This document shows positions 36,393 to 46,825 of a stretch of 64,000 bases of DNA, piece by piece. Within the stretch, counting starts at the first letter, position 1. Each line of letters starts with the position of its first letter. This DNA comes from a virus. The stretch is from positions 32,001-96,000 of IMG/VR virus record IMGVR_UViG_3300021091_000027; one strand, written 5' to 3'. The notes beneath the pieces were generated by a model. That model did no database searches and was not told the DNA's origin. It saw only the letters and a program-made list of their open reading frames with translations. Position numbers and translations under genes: made by a program.

Positions 36393-38579
36393 ATGAAACT
36401 GCTCTCCCTGAAGGGCAGGAACATTGGTCTCCTTAAAGGAGATTTTGAGTTTGAGTTTGACGACGCACTGACCGTGATAACCGGTCCGATCGGCTGCGGC
36501 AAGTCAACCGTACTCACAATGATCCGAGCGTCTCTTACGAATTCATTTCCAGGGAATGCAAACAGCTGGGCCTCTTGGGGAACACCGCCCCAAGAGGCCT
36601 GCTATTTTGTTGTATCCTGGCGCATAGGAAATAAAGTGCTGCATATCGCCAAAGCGGTAGCAGGAGAAAAGAAATTCGGTACGCTTAATATTCCACGTCT
36701 GCGCATCGAACACGATGACGGAAAAGTAGAAGAAATATTTGGATCGAAGGAGGCGCTGGATAAAACGCACTCGCTGATTCCAGTTCCTGCCAGCATAATA
36801 GACGGCCATCTGATAGTCGACCAAGATTCAATAACCACCCCTGTGTCTGCCACTCCAGCTAAGTTTAAGGAGATCATTCACACGCTAACAAGAACTAGCG
36901 AATTAGAGGTTATGAGAGGTCAAATTAAAGATCTTTTACTAGCGATTACAGTGCCCGATATAAACGGACCTTTGCAAGAGGCTCAAGTGGAAAGAAACTT
37001 GGCTGAAGGCGAAGTCAATCGACTTAATACCGAAATATCGGAATTGATGGCTCAGTACGTCGCATTTGATATACAGTCCATTAACGTAAAGCTAGATGTG
37101 CTGGAACAGCTAAAGAAAAATGACGATAAGCGAAATCAACTTGATCAAAGAATAAAGACTAGCAAGTCAATTTTATTGCAGTTAAAGGTCACGCTCAAGG
37201 CTCAGCAGGATACGCTAAGTTCTTTACTTCAAAAAAGAGAGTCGTCCAAAGAAGAGGCTGAGCAAGCCAAAAAGAATTTGTATTCTGCGGACATGTTGAT
37301 TGCGGCAAATGTTCGCATAGATCTACTAAAGACCAAGGCTTCTAAGCTGGCAGAAGAACTGCAGAAGTGCATATCCACTCGGCCGGTAGAGCCCAAGGAG
37401 AAACAGCCTGCCGAAGGCGCAGATACAAAAATACAGGACGATCTCAATGAGAAAAAGCAACAGCACTATATGGCTGCGAAAAGGCTTAATTTGGTTGACC
37501 AAGGTAAATGCCCGGAATGCGGCACAGAGACAGCTATATGTGCCCATGATCGTGCAGCGCTGTCCATAGAGGTTCAGCAATTAGCATCCGAGGTAGAACT
37601 TCTTGTCGAGACTCTAAAGTACGTAAAGGCGCTTAACAAAGAGTGGGATACGTACGAGACGGATCAAGCTTCTTACATATCATTTACTAGTACCACCATG
37701 GCGCAGGCCACGGAAGTCAATAAAGAATTGGAAGACCTTGTAGCCACTACTCCAAAAATGACTGCCGACATGAAGAAAGCCTTTGCCAAAACAGTCAGCG
37801 ATTTTGACATGCTTGAAAGAGGCGTGTCTACAATAAAAGAAAATATTTGTGCCGTAAATGGGCAAATACAATCCCAGATATCGCTGGAAGAATCTTTGAC
37901 AAACGAGTTGGCTGGCATTCATCCAGCTAGATATGACGAGCATGAGTATGCCCGTCTTACTAAGTTGCACCAGGATGCCGTGACCGTCAAGGACAAGGTT
38001 ACAAGATTGGATGGCAGTCTTGATAATGCTAAGATTTCTCTTGACAGGGCGGAGCATAAGCTTGATCTCCAAGAGAAAAGGGCTGCATCAGTTAAACCAA
38101 TAGAGAAATTCAGAAAGATTTTGGACAAGGTGAATGAAGTTCTTATGAAGGACGGGCTTCCGAGGCTGCTGTCTCTTCAGTATATGAAGCTGCTCAATGA
38201 CCGGTTGAGGTTTTACCTCAGCACCATAAATGCCGATTTCACGGCCCATATCGACGACAATCTTGAATTTATGGCCACTAAGTCCGATGGGCTGGTGCAT
38301 CATGCCAAAAGATTGTCTGGAGGTCAGAAGCAGCAGGCCAGCGTCTGCTATCTGTTGGCTGTAAATGATGTATTTGCAAGCACGCTTGGAGTCTTGGCTC
38401 TCGACGAGCCATCAGGAGCAATGCAGGAATCTAATTCTAGAGATCTTGCGGAAGCTTTTAACTATCTTGCAAAAATAGGTAGGCAGACTGGTCGACAGTT
38501 TATAGTAATTACTCATAGTCCTGCGCTTGCGGCCTATGGCTGCAAGAATATTGCATTGGATGGATCTGAAAGAATGTAG
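36393..38579 (+). CDS. sbcC: SbcC/Rad50-like SMC ATPase
   Basis: Walker A GPIGCGKST, coiled coils, zinc hook CPECG, LSGGQ, LDEP, ITH. Confidence 0.92.
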   Translation: MKLLSLKGRNIGLLKGDFEFEFDDALTVITGPIGCGKSTVLTMIRASLTNSFPGNANSWASWGTPPQEACYFVVSWRIGNKVLHIAKAVAGEKKFGTLNIPRLRIEHDDGKVEEIFGSKEALDKTHSLIPVPASIIDGHLIVDQDSITTPVSATPAKFKEIIHTLTRTSELEVMRGQIKDLLLAITVPDINGPLQEAQVERNLAEGEVNRLNTEISELMAQYVAFDIQSINVKLDVLEQLKKNDDKRNQLDQRIKTSKSILLQLKVTLKAQQDTLSSLLQKRESSKEEAEQAKKNLYSADMLIAANVRIDLLKTKASKLAEELQKCISTRPVEPKEKQPAEGADTKIQDDLNEKKQQHYMAAKRLNLVDQGKCPECGTETAICAHDRAALSIEVQQLASEVELLVETLKYVKALNKEWDTYETDQASYISFTSTTMAQATEVNKELEDLVATTPKMTADMKKAFAKTVSDFDMLERGVSTIKENICAVNGQIQSQISLEESLTNELAGIHPARYDEHEYARLTKLHQDAVTVKDKVTRLDGSLDNAKISLDRAEHKLDLQEKRAASVKPIEKFRKILDKVNEVLMKDGLPRLLSLQYMKLLNDRLRFYLSTINADFTAHIDDNLEFMATKSDGLVHHAKRLSGGQKQQASVCYLLAVNDVFASTLGVLALDEPSGAMQESNSRDLAEAFNYLAKIGRQTGRQFIVITHSPALAAYGCKNIALDGSERM

Positions 38580-38587
38580 GTAATTAA

Positions 38588-38635
38588 GGGGGGGAGGGGG
38601 CAACCCCCCCCCCCCCCCCCCCCCCACAAAAAAAA
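38588..38635. terminator. G-run/GCAA/C-run hairpin followed by an A-tract
   Basis: G7-A-G5-CAA-C22 immediately after the sbcC stop. Confidence 0.45.
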
Positions 38636-38642
38636 CACAAAA

Positions 38643-38981
38643 ATGAAAATATCATCAAAGCTCAATCTTTTGCCAATTAGTAGCACTCCCATCACCGATA
38701 ACATGATGCACGCCGCTATCACTGATGACGCTGCAGTCGCCATAAAGCTAATCGCCAAGGCGGATTTCACTAAAATTCAGTGCGTAAATTCTAGAGACGC
38801 TAAACTTATCTCAAATAGGTTGTCTAATTTTATATTTTCTCGCAGTCAAAAGGAATTCAACCGCTTCATGCAGTACTACTATCTTAATTCCCTGGTCGAC
38901 AGCAACTACCTTGGGGAAATTAATAAGATCTTTAATGAGGCCTATGAATTCAACGATGGCATCTGCATTACTGTTATTTAA
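38643..38981 (+). CDS. Hypothetical protein
   Basis: 112 aa, A-rich leader. Confidence 0.55.
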   Translation: MKISSKLNLLPISSTPITDNMMHAAITDDAAVAIKLIAKADFTKIQCVNSRDAKLISNRLSNFIFSRSQKEFNRFMQYYYLNSLVDSNYLGEINKIFNEAYEFNDGICITVI

Positions 38982-38989
38982 TCGACATC

Positions 38990-40459
38990 GTGAAAACTGA
39001 CAGTCTAAGGAGCATTATGAGTAACAAAGTCGTATTGCAACGAATAATGAGATTTTTGAGAACTCCAGAGGGCCCACATAATGAAGTGCTACAGCGGGAA
39101 TTTCAATACTTACATAGCTCCCAAGTTCGTGAGCCTGGTCGGGCGCCTCGCTATGTGAGCACTCCTGTCAACCTGTATGCAATGCAGGATGGTTGGATGT
39201 ATTTCCCCTGCGGTCTGCTGGAACGATGCCTGAGGATTCTTGCAAAGGCTGGATTCAAACCCGAGTATTCGGATCTTAGGTCCACGAAGTTTCCAATTCC
39301 AGATGCCTCCAAACTGGTCGGGCTTAGGCCAGGCCAGTTGGAGGTTATTAATGAAATCGTTAAAGCCGATTTTGGAATAGTGGATGCTCTTACCGGTTTT
39401 GGCAAAGGCGTTATCATAGAAAAGATTATTGAGCTTTATCCAAAGCAGCAGCATGCTGTCATAAGTAAGTCAAAGACAATTTGCAATCAGCTATATCAAC
39501 GCCTAAAGACATGTTTTCCGAAGGCCGGCGTTTGGAATTCAGATCATCATATAAAAGGAAATCCCATGATATGCACATCGGGATCTCTTGGAGGTCTGGA
39601 GCTAGACAAGTTCGACGTAGTGCAACTGGACGAAGTGCACGAACTTCTGATTCCCTCATTTCTAGAATATTATCCTGCGTTCGGAGAGTGTAAGTTAATA
39701 TCATACTCCGCTTCTCCTGACCAAAGACTGGATAATACAGCACTAGCTATGGAGGCATATTTTGGAAACAAGATATGCAAAGTCGACTACCAAGAAGGCG
39801 TAGACTTGGGACTCGTCGTGCCTATAGAGGTGTGGAAGGTGGACTGGGGGTGCACTTCTGTTGATGCAATTAGAAATTTCAAATCTGATGTCAAAAGAAT
39901 GCGCCTTGGATACTGGGGCAACTTTGCTCGCAATACCGCAATATCCAGAGCGGTATATGAAACGATACCTCAGCGCTTGACAGAAAAAGATCCGCAAATA
40001 CTAATACTTGTTGATAAAATTGAACATGCCTTAGAGCTCAAAAAGTTGATGCCTGATTTCGAAGCGGTATATGGAAGCATGGACGATGAAACAGCGGAAT
40101 ACTTTAAAAAGCGAAAACTTCTTGAAGGAAATCCGTTAACCAAAAAGCAGGTAGAGGAAATACGAAAAAAATTTAGTTCAGGCCAATTGAAAAGAGCTAT
40201 TGCAACAGGAATATGGAGCACCGGAGTTGACTTTCCTCAGCTGTCGGTCATAATACGTGCCGATGGCGGAGCATCTCCAATTAAAGATATACAAATGCCT
40301 GGACGTGTTTGCCGAATTTCTTCTGGAAAAAACAAAGGCATTCTGATTGATTTTGCAGACACATTTGACTTATGGACAGCGAGACGATCCAAAACCCGAT
40401 TTCAAAGTTACGAAAACAAAAAATGGGAGATATTGAAGGTAAACTTGAGCGTACAGTAG
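38990..40459 (+). CDS. Superfamily 2 DEAD/DEAH helicase (UvsW-like)
   Basis: LRPGQ, TGFGKG, LDEVH, SAS, STGVDFP, QMPGRVCR. Confidence 0.9.
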   Translation: MKTDSLRSIMSNKVVLQRIMRFLRTPEGPHNEVLQREFQYLHSSQVREPGRAPRYVSTPVNLYAMQDGWMYFPCGLLERCLRILAKAGFKPEYSDLRSTKFPIPDASKLVGLRPGQLEVINEIVKADFGIVDALTGFGKGVIIEKIIELYPKQQHAVISKSKTICNQLYQRLKTCFPKAGVWNSDHHIKGNPMICTSGSLGGLELDKFDVVQLDEVHELLIPSFLEYYPAFGECKLISYSASPDQRLDNTALAMEAYFGNKICKVDYQEGVDLGLVVPIEVWKVDWGCTSVDAIRNFKSDVKRMRLGYWGNFARNTAISRAVYETIPQRLTEKDPQILILVDKIEHALELKKLMPDFEAVYGSMDDETAEYFKKRKLLEGNPLTKKQVEEIRKKFSSGQLKRAIATGIWSTGVDFPQLSVIIRADGGASPIKDIQMPGRVCRISSGKNKGILIDFADTFDLWTARRSKTRFQSYENKKWEILKVNLSVQ

Positions 40460-40992
40460 CGTCTATAAAAGAGACGTATGCCAAATGCAAACTTAACGTA
40501 ACTGGACGCATGGAAGACTATATCTACGCCATGAACTCCAAGAATAAAAGAGTCGAAGACACGTGGAAAAAAGTCGCATTTAAATGCATAGACTGGTCTG
40601 TCAACCCCAGGGCATATGTAGAGTGGTGCTTCTTTAATGAATATCCAGCCTACCCAATGCCGTACAAGTTTGGATTAGATAAAAATTTCAACTTCTACAT
40701 GACTAGCGGAAAGCCTGATCCGCAATACCAGCAACATAAGCTTAGGTTTGAACTTATGTTTAAAAAAATGGAAAAGCTGTCTGCAGGACAAGACGTATTA
40801 AAATTCTTGCAGGATCCGCTGAATACATTTGATGAAGTTTTCATATATGCGGTAGCAAAAAATCTGGGAGTGCAGGGCAAGCTGCCCCAGAATATACTAT
40901 CGGCAGCAAGACGGCAGGCTTTTTGCCATCCTGTTTATTTAGAAAAATTTAACGATTTTATACCTCAGGAAGTTTTAAACCCATGGATATAA
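40372..40992 (+). CDS. Hypothetical protein upstream of DnaB (possible loader; start may be downstream)
   Basis: 206 aa between the two helicases. Confidence 0.5.
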   Translation: MDSETIQNPISKLRKQKMGDIEGKLERTVASIKETYAKCKLNVTGRMEDYIYAMNSKNKRVEDTWKKVAFKCIDWSVNPRAYVEWCFFNEYPAYPMPYKFGLDKNFNFYMTSGKPDPQYQQHKLRFELMFKKMEKLSAGQDVLKFLQDPLNTFDEVFIYAVAKNLGVQGKLPQNILSAARRQAFCHPVYLEKFNDFIPQEVLNPWI

Positions 40993-42458
40993 ACCAAACA
41001 TATAGCAAATGGCTAATCCTAGGCTTCCTGAGGTCTCCCGACGTAATGGAGGAGGCTTTCAGTAAGCTGTCATTAAAAGATTTTAAAGAAAGCGAAAATC
41101 CATTACGAGTGGCCTACATCATCGGCAGCAGTTGGTTCAAACAATCTAAGAGCGCAGTTCCTTACGATATCGTGCTATCAGAGTTCGAACATAAAGTATT
41201 AAGAAACAATCTAATATCTGAATCGGATGCGGTGTTGTTCGGAGAACAGTTGCAGTGGGCGTATTCTTCAATATCCGACATCAAAGAAGTAAAGGATTAC
41301 ATTCTTGAGGAACTCAAGAAGCTACTAATTACCAGAAAGATACTGCCAGTAATTGAACAACTTCCAAAATCTGGAGACTTGTTAGAGGGAATTAGTAAGC
41401 TAAATCAGGAGGTTGCAAAGTCGTCCATTTGCAAAACGGGAGCTGTTGATCCGTTTGCAAAAGACGACCCAATGTTGATTGATAATAAAAGAAAGCCATG
41501 GGGTGTAGACTTCGTGGACGTGGTTACAAGCGGAGGCTCGTCTCCAGGAGAAACCACTCTTCTATTAGCTCCCTCCGGAGGCGGCAAGACCTTAACTAAC
41601 GTTCAGATGGCTACCACGACCGCTTTGAATGGCGAGGATTCTATGATCATTAGTTACGAGCAGGCCGTTGTGCCCGGCATCACCAATAGAATTTATTCTT
41701 ATGCGCTTGGCATACCAATAGCATCGCTAAACAGTATGAGTGTATCTAAGTTTAAAGACAACAAGGCCATGATGACTAAATGGGCTGATATAAAGAGCCG
41801 ACTCAAAGGAAGGCTACATCTATTTGATATGCTGGAAGCGGCCAGGAATAACAAGGGTGGTAGTGGCGGACCTCCTGAAATCGCAAGAATGATTAAACAA
41901 GTTCTGGACAAGGGCGCCAATCTGAGATATGTGGGTATAGACTGGCTTGGACCCATGGTGAATAACTATATGGCACTCAGGAACATAAATCAGAACGACA
42001 TAACCAAAGTAATGAATGATTGCGCCGACCAGATAAGAAAAATAGGCACCGACTACGGAGTCAATATTTTCATATATCACCAGCTTGGAACTCAAGCTGC
42101 CCAGGCAGGCGCAAGGAGGAAGCCAGAGGCTACAGATGCATTTCAATGCAGAACTCTGCATCATTACATGGATACAGTTATATGCATAGGAAACAGAGAT
42201 CCTGAAAGTAACTTGGCCTGGATTACTGCACCTAAGGTAAGAAACGGCCAGCCATTTATGGATATGACAATCCAGATGGAAGGCGCTTTGTCAAGATGGA
42301 AGTATGTGGACAAAGCAAATGTAGATATTGAGTCTATGAAGGTTTACGATCAGGACAGTTTATCAGAGGCAGGATCACCAACTTTATTTGATAGGCACTC
42401 TCGCAAGGCAGTAAGCGCTGCAGAATTTAGCTCAGCAGTTAGAGAAAATCTAGGATGA
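40983..42458 (+). CDS. dnaB: Replicative DnaB-like helicase
   Basis: LAPSGGGKT, ISYEQ, GIDWLG, YHQLG, KVRNG. Confidence 0.88.
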   Translation: MDINQTYSKWLILGFLRSPDVMEEAFSKLSLKDFKESENPLRVAYIIGSSWFKQSKSAVPYDIVLSEFEHKVLRNNLISESDAVLFGEQLQWAYSSISDIKEVKDYILEELKKLLITRKILPVIEQLPKSGDLLEGISKLNQEVAKSSICKTGAVDPFAKDDPMLIDNKRKPWGVDFVDVVTSGGSSPGETTLLLAPSGGGKTLTNVQMATTTALNGEDSMIISYEQAVVPGITNRIYSYALGIPIASLNSMSVSKFKDNKAMMTKWADIKSRLKGRLHLFDMLEAARNNKGGSGGPPEIARMIKQVLDKGANLRYVGIDWLGPMVNNYMALRNINQNDITKVMNDCADQIRKIGTDYGVNIFIYHQLGTQAAQAGARRKPEATDAFQCRTLHHYMDTVICIGNRDPESNLAWITAPKVRNGQPFMDMTIQMEGALSRWKYVDKANVDIESMKVYDQDSLSEAGSPTLFDRHSRKAVSAAEFSSAVRENLG

Positions 42459-43552
42459 AACCCATAAATGAAAAATTGTACAAAGCTCTTCAAGGTAAAT
42501 TTGGAAAAGTAAAGATAAACAATTCTGGAGTAGAGGCAAAATATAGAATAGTAACCGATGCCCTAGCGTCGTATTTCGACCTTAATACTAAAAAGAAAAT
42601 AAACATAATTAATTGGGGCGAAACCTATTCTGTCAACTGCCCAAAATGCAACGATAAACGTTCACGTCTGTACATTAGTCATGTATGGGGCACCAGATGC
42701 GAGGAGGCAGGCAGAAAAATATATTCCTGCATAAAGTGTCATAATGAAGCTTGCGATTGGTCGGACATGTGGGAGGCGCTTTATGGCAACTCCGACATAG
42801 CGGCATACGACGTGAAAACCGATTCGCTTAAAACTGGAGTTGACGCGGACACCAGGAAAATGGAATTGCCTGGAGACGTAGACGACCTTGTGCCTATTAA
42901 TGAACTGCCAGAAGATCACCCCGCCATATCCTACCTGGTGTCCCGGGGATTTAACGACATAAACAAAATGGCGTCCGAATACCAATTTTGTTACTGCAAA
43001 AAAAGTCCATGGAAAAGAAGCTTTATGGATTCAGGTGGCATCTGGCATACTGTAACTCCTGAACGTAGACTGATAATACCAAATGTTCAACAAGGAGTGT
43101 GGCAGGGGTGGATGGCTAGATACATTGGCCCCATACCATATGATTCAATTACCAAAAAGCCCGTTATACAAAAATACTTGAATGCCCCAGGGTATTCATT
43201 CAGTAATTCTGTATATAGATTGGATGACGCTAGAAAATTCAGCGAGGGTATGTTCTGCATAGTTTGTGAGGGGGCCTTATCAGCGATTGCATGCGGTCGT
43301 GCTGGAGTATGCACGTTTGGTATGTATCCCAAGCCTATGCAGGAGGAATTGCTAGCAAATACATTCAAAGACGGACAGATCATATTTATGGTGGAGTACG
43401 AGGCTGCTATCAATGGCAGAATTTTTGAGTGCATAGAAAGGCTGAACTGTAAGATAGCTAAAGGCTGTATTACGGTGAAATTACCAAAGGGTCAGGATCC
43501 AGCCACCATGTCTACCCTAGAGTTAATGGAAGCCATAGGCAATTGGCAATAA
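42455..43552 (+). CDS. DNA primase (Zn-binding + TOPRIM)
   Basis: CPKC..KCHNEAC, GWMARY, KYLN, VCEGALSA, KGQDPA. Confidence 0.82.
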   Translation: MKPINEKLYKALQGKFGKVKINNSGVEAKYRIVTDALASYFDLNTKKKINIINWGETYSVNCPKCNDKRSRLYISHVWGTRCEEAGRKIYSCIKCHNEACDWSDMWEALYGNSDIAAYDVKTDSLKTGVDADTRKMELPGDVDDLVPINELPEDHPAISYLVSRGFNDINKMASEYQFCYCKKSPWKRSFMDSGGIWHTVTPERRLIIPNVQQGVWQGWMARYIGPIPYDSITKKPVIQKYLNAPGYSFSNSVYRLDDARKFSEGMFCIVCEGALSAIACGRAGVCTFGMYPKPMQEELLANTFKDGQIIFMVEYEAAINGRIFECIERLNCKIAKGCITVKLPKGQDPATMSTLELMEAIGNWQ

Positions 43553-43573
43553 ATAAAAAAAAGGACACATAAA

Positions 43574-43861
43574 ATGAATAAACAAATTGCAGATGCTCCG
43601 AATACCGATACTGATAGCGCACCACTTCCGCAATGGATGGTGCTAGTGCATAATGACGATGTAAATACGTTTGAACACGTAATCAATTGCTTTATGGAAA
43701 TAGTGGGAATGATGCCGCACCATGCGGTCATAAAGACTTTAGAGGTAGATAAGGAAGGCGTTTCCATAATCAAGATCACGCATAAGGAGTATGCTGAATT
43801 CATAATGGAGCAATTGATATCCCGCGGTTTAAGTTGTTCAATAGAGCCTACCTGTGAATAA
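43574..43861 (+). CDS. clpS: Clp protease adaptor ClpS
   Basis: WMVLVHNDDVNTFEHVI..TLEVDKEGVSII..KEYAE..LSCSIEP. Confidence 0.9.
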   Translation: MNKQIADAPNTDTDSAPLPQWMVLVHNDDVNTFEHVINCFMEIVGMMPHHAVIKTLEVDKEGVSIIKITHKEYAEFIMEQLISRGLSCSIEPTCE

Positions 43862-43911
43862 GCAAAGATAAATTGTGAAATCTAGATAGGACGCCAAAAT
43901 TAAACATTGGA

Positions 43912-46776
43912 GTGACAATGCCAGTAGAAATAGTAGATAAAGACATAGAGACGTATGGAAACGTCGTTATTAAGGTTGCCAAAGAGCGCAGTCAGAGCGT
44001 CGCATATACAGCTACGGACATACTAAATAAAGTATATGAGACAACCAAAACTGGAGAAACGGGCATAACCTCACCTATGATTATATTGCCCGGCATCCAT
44101 CTGGACTCTGTAGGCACCGATAAGTATGCAAACGTAGGTCCAAGTTACAAAAAAATCATGATGGTTGGATCGTGGCCCAACTCCATAGAGGAAAAAGAGA
44201 AAAGGCTTTTTCATGGAGACTGGACGATTGAATTCAAGGATTTGATGTCTAAAACCGGATTAAATATAAACGACGTGTACCTTACCACCTTTGTTAAGAC
44301 TCACGTTCACGGTAAGAAGACGACTATTCCAAAAGATCTGATTGAAGACTATATGCCAATGTTCAAGAAGGAGTTGGAGCTGGTTAAGCCGGATCTTCTG
44401 ATCATCCTGGGCGCTAAGGTTCTCAAGGCTCTATTTGGCGCAAAAGCGACAATGGAGCAATACAAAAACAGGACACTGACGGCGGAGGAAAGTCCGCTCA
44501 GCGTAAAAACCACTGCAATAACCGACTTTTCGGCCGTGCTGCACGTTCCGGAAATGAGGGGCGGCTTGGAAATGGAACTTACCAGAATCGCTGAAGAACT
44601 GAATTCCAACACTACTCAAATCGTGGACGATGTGCACATATCGTACACCTACTGCTATAGCTTAGATCATCTGGAGAACAGCCTCAAAACAATTGAATCA
44701 GAGTACTCCGGGTGGGTTTCTGTGGATTGCGAGTGGGGAGGCAGAAACCACGTTGACGGAGAACTCAGATGTATTCAATTCAGCTGGACTCCCGGCAAGG
44801 CCCTTGTTATCGTGTTCAATCATGCTGGCATGACTCCTACCCAACTTGGATGCAACAAAGTTGAAGCGTGGAAGCTGATAAAGAAATTTATTGAGAATGG
44901 AAGAACCAGGTTAGTGGGCCACTTTATTAGGGCAGACTTGCCCTGGATGGTATCCAACGGAGTAGACGTCACCCTATCAGTGTTGTTTGGTTGGGATACA
45001 GCTCTTGCCGGCCATCTGCTCAATGAGAATTGGGCACAGGGTTTGGAGGTGTACACATCTAGGCATACGAAGATGGGCAGATATGAGCTGGCCTTGAATA
45101 ATTGGATTAAGAATAACAAGTATGATGTTGATGTGCATAGCTACGGAGGCATACCTGACGATATTTTGTTCGAGTATGCGGCTAAAGATGCCGATGTCAC
45201 GTTTAGAATATTTCAGACGCAAAATCATGAGATGAATCTTAAAGAAAATATTAAGATCAAATCTTTGTTTGAGACAGTGGTTATGCCGGCAACAATGCCT
45301 ATTCTTGAGATGGAGATGACTGGTATGGGCGTCGATGTGCAAAGACTGGAACTTTTGTCTCAAAAATACTCTGAAAAACGCAGAGAGCTGGTCGACCGTC
45401 TGAAGGAAATGTTAAATTGGTCGGACTTTAATCCTGACTCTTCAATTCAAAAGGCGGCAGCGCTTTTTGGATGGATAAAGCCTGGAGCCAAGACTAATCC
45501 CCCTAGCACAGCTACTCTAAAAAGATTTGAGCCTATCAAAGCTACAAACGAAAAAAAGTGGTCGGATGTTATAAAGAACCCTGAAACAATCGAAAGCTAT
45601 ACACCGTCCACTGAACGTGCTGTAATCCAGGAGTTATTGCTATCTCACAAGGATGACGAATTCTTAAACACCATGCTGCTGTATACAGCTGTTTCTCAAA
45701 CAGTTAAAACTTTCTGTGGATCGTTTGTGGTTGCAGAAGATGGATCCCACTTCATAGAAGGCGGAATTCTTCCAAAGTTATGGTCGGACGGTAGAACCCA
45801 TACTAAAATTAGACAGACGGTAGAAACTGGACGATATGGACACTCTGATCCAAATATGGCCCAGCTGCCAAAGACTGCAGAAGATTTAGTAGGACGTGCT
45901 TTTAAAGATACTGGAAAGAAAATTCCATCTATAAGATCTTGCTTCCGTGCAGATCCAGGCTGGGCATTATTGGATTGCGATTGGGTTCAAGCTGAGCTGT
46001 TCGTCATGGCTTGGCTTAGCAAAGATGGAAATATGCAACAAAAGTTAAACGATCCAGGCTCGGACTTCCACTCTGAAGTTGCTATAGACATGTTTCGTTT
46101 GCCAAAGCCACCGGCGGACTATTCAAAGGGACTTAAGGAGTGGCTAAAAGAATCAGGTAACGGAAAGTATAGAACCATTGCGAAAACTATTACATTTGGA
46201 ATTGCGTATGGTCGTGGTGCAGCTGCAATTCGTCAAGCAGTATATATGGAAGGAATTAATATCACAGTGGAGGAGGCTCAAGACTCTGTTGACAAGTTTA
46301 AAGAGACTTTTCCAAACCTTGCATATTGGTTAGAGCTGCAACAGGCTTGCGTAGGCGATAATACGCAAGGATATGTAGAAAATGGCTTTGGCCGTAAAAG
46401 AAGGTTTGACAAAACCAAAGACAAAGAGCTCATATCGCATCAAAAGAGACAGGCTATGAACGCGCCCATTCAGGGAACTGTTGGCGACTTAATGTCGTTG
46501 GCCTTGGTCAATTTGTTCTTAATCAGAAATGAAGAAAGGCCGCATCTCAAATATAAGATAATCATGAGCGTTCACGACCAAGTTATAGTAACTTGCCCAG
46601 TAAGTCAGGTAGAAGAAACTTTAGAAGTAATAAAAATCGCAATGTGCGATAGGTGCAGAATTCCAGGAAATGATCTTCTGCTAAATATAGATCCAGAAGT
46701 ATGCATTCGATGGGGAGAGCCCTTGACAGATGAAGATGTAACACAGTATCCTGTTTTATCCAAGTACAAAAAGTAA
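43912..46776 (+). CDS. polA: Family A DNA polymerase with N-terminal uracil-DNA glycosylase-like domain and 3'-5' exonuclease
   Basis: UDG-like KIMMVGSWP..ELELVKPDLLIILGAKV; exo VDCEW, GHFIRAD, YAAKDAD; pol DWVQAE, RTIAKTITFGIAYG, MNAPIQGT, VHDQ. Confidence 0.92.
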   Translation: MTMPVEIVDKDIETYGNVVIKVAKERSQSVAYTATDILNKVYETTKTGETGITSPMIILPGIHLDSVGTDKYANVGPSYKKIMMVGSWPNSIEEKEKRLFHGDWTIEFKDLMSKTGLNINDVYLTTFVKTHVHGKKTTIPKDLIEDYMPMFKKELELVKPDLLIILGAKVLKALFGAKATMEQYKNRTLTAEESPLSVKTTAITDFSAVLHVPEMRGGLEMELTRIAEELNSNTTQIVDDVHISYTYCYSLDHLENSLKTIESEYSGWVSVDCEWGGRNHVDGELRCIQFSWTPGKALVIVFNHAGMTPTQLGCNKVEAWKLIKKFIENGRTRLVGHFIRADLPWMVSNGVDVTLSVLFGWDTALAGHLLNENWAQGLEVYTSRHTKMGRYELALNNWIKNNKYDVDVHSYGGIPDDILFEYAAKDADVTFRIFQTQNHEMNLKENIKIKSLFETVVMPATMPILEMEMTGMGVDVQRLELLSQKYSEKRRELVDRLKEMLNWSDFNPDSSIQKAAALFGWIKPGAKTNPPSTATLKRFEPIKATNEKKWSDVIKNPETIESYTPSTERAVIQELLLSHKDDEFLNTMLLYTAVSQTVKTFCGSFVVAEDGSHFIEGGILPKLWSDGRTHTKIRQTVETGRYGHSDPNMAQLPKTAEDLVGRAFKDTGKKIPSIRSCFRADPGWALLDCDWVQAELFVMAWLSKDGNMQQKLNDPGSDFHSEVAIDMFRLPKPPADYSKGLKEWLKESGNGKYRTIAKTITFGIAYGRGAAAIRQAVYMEGINITVEEAQDSVDKFKETFPNLAYWLELQQACVGDNTQGYVENGFGRKRRFDKTKDKELISHQKRQAMNAPIQGTVGDLMSLALVNLFLIRNEERPHLKYKIIMSVHDQVIVTCPVSQVEETLEVIKIAMCDRCRIPGNDLLLNIDPEVCIRWGEPLTDEDVTQYPVLSKYKK

Positions 46777-46825
46777 TAAACAACAACACACAACTCTAAC
46801 AAACGCAAAAGGAAATACAATTATT

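Noticed and set aside
38412-38770. Poly-Gly/Pro minus-strand ORFs
   Set aside because: Artefacts of the G/C homopolymer, antisense to real genes
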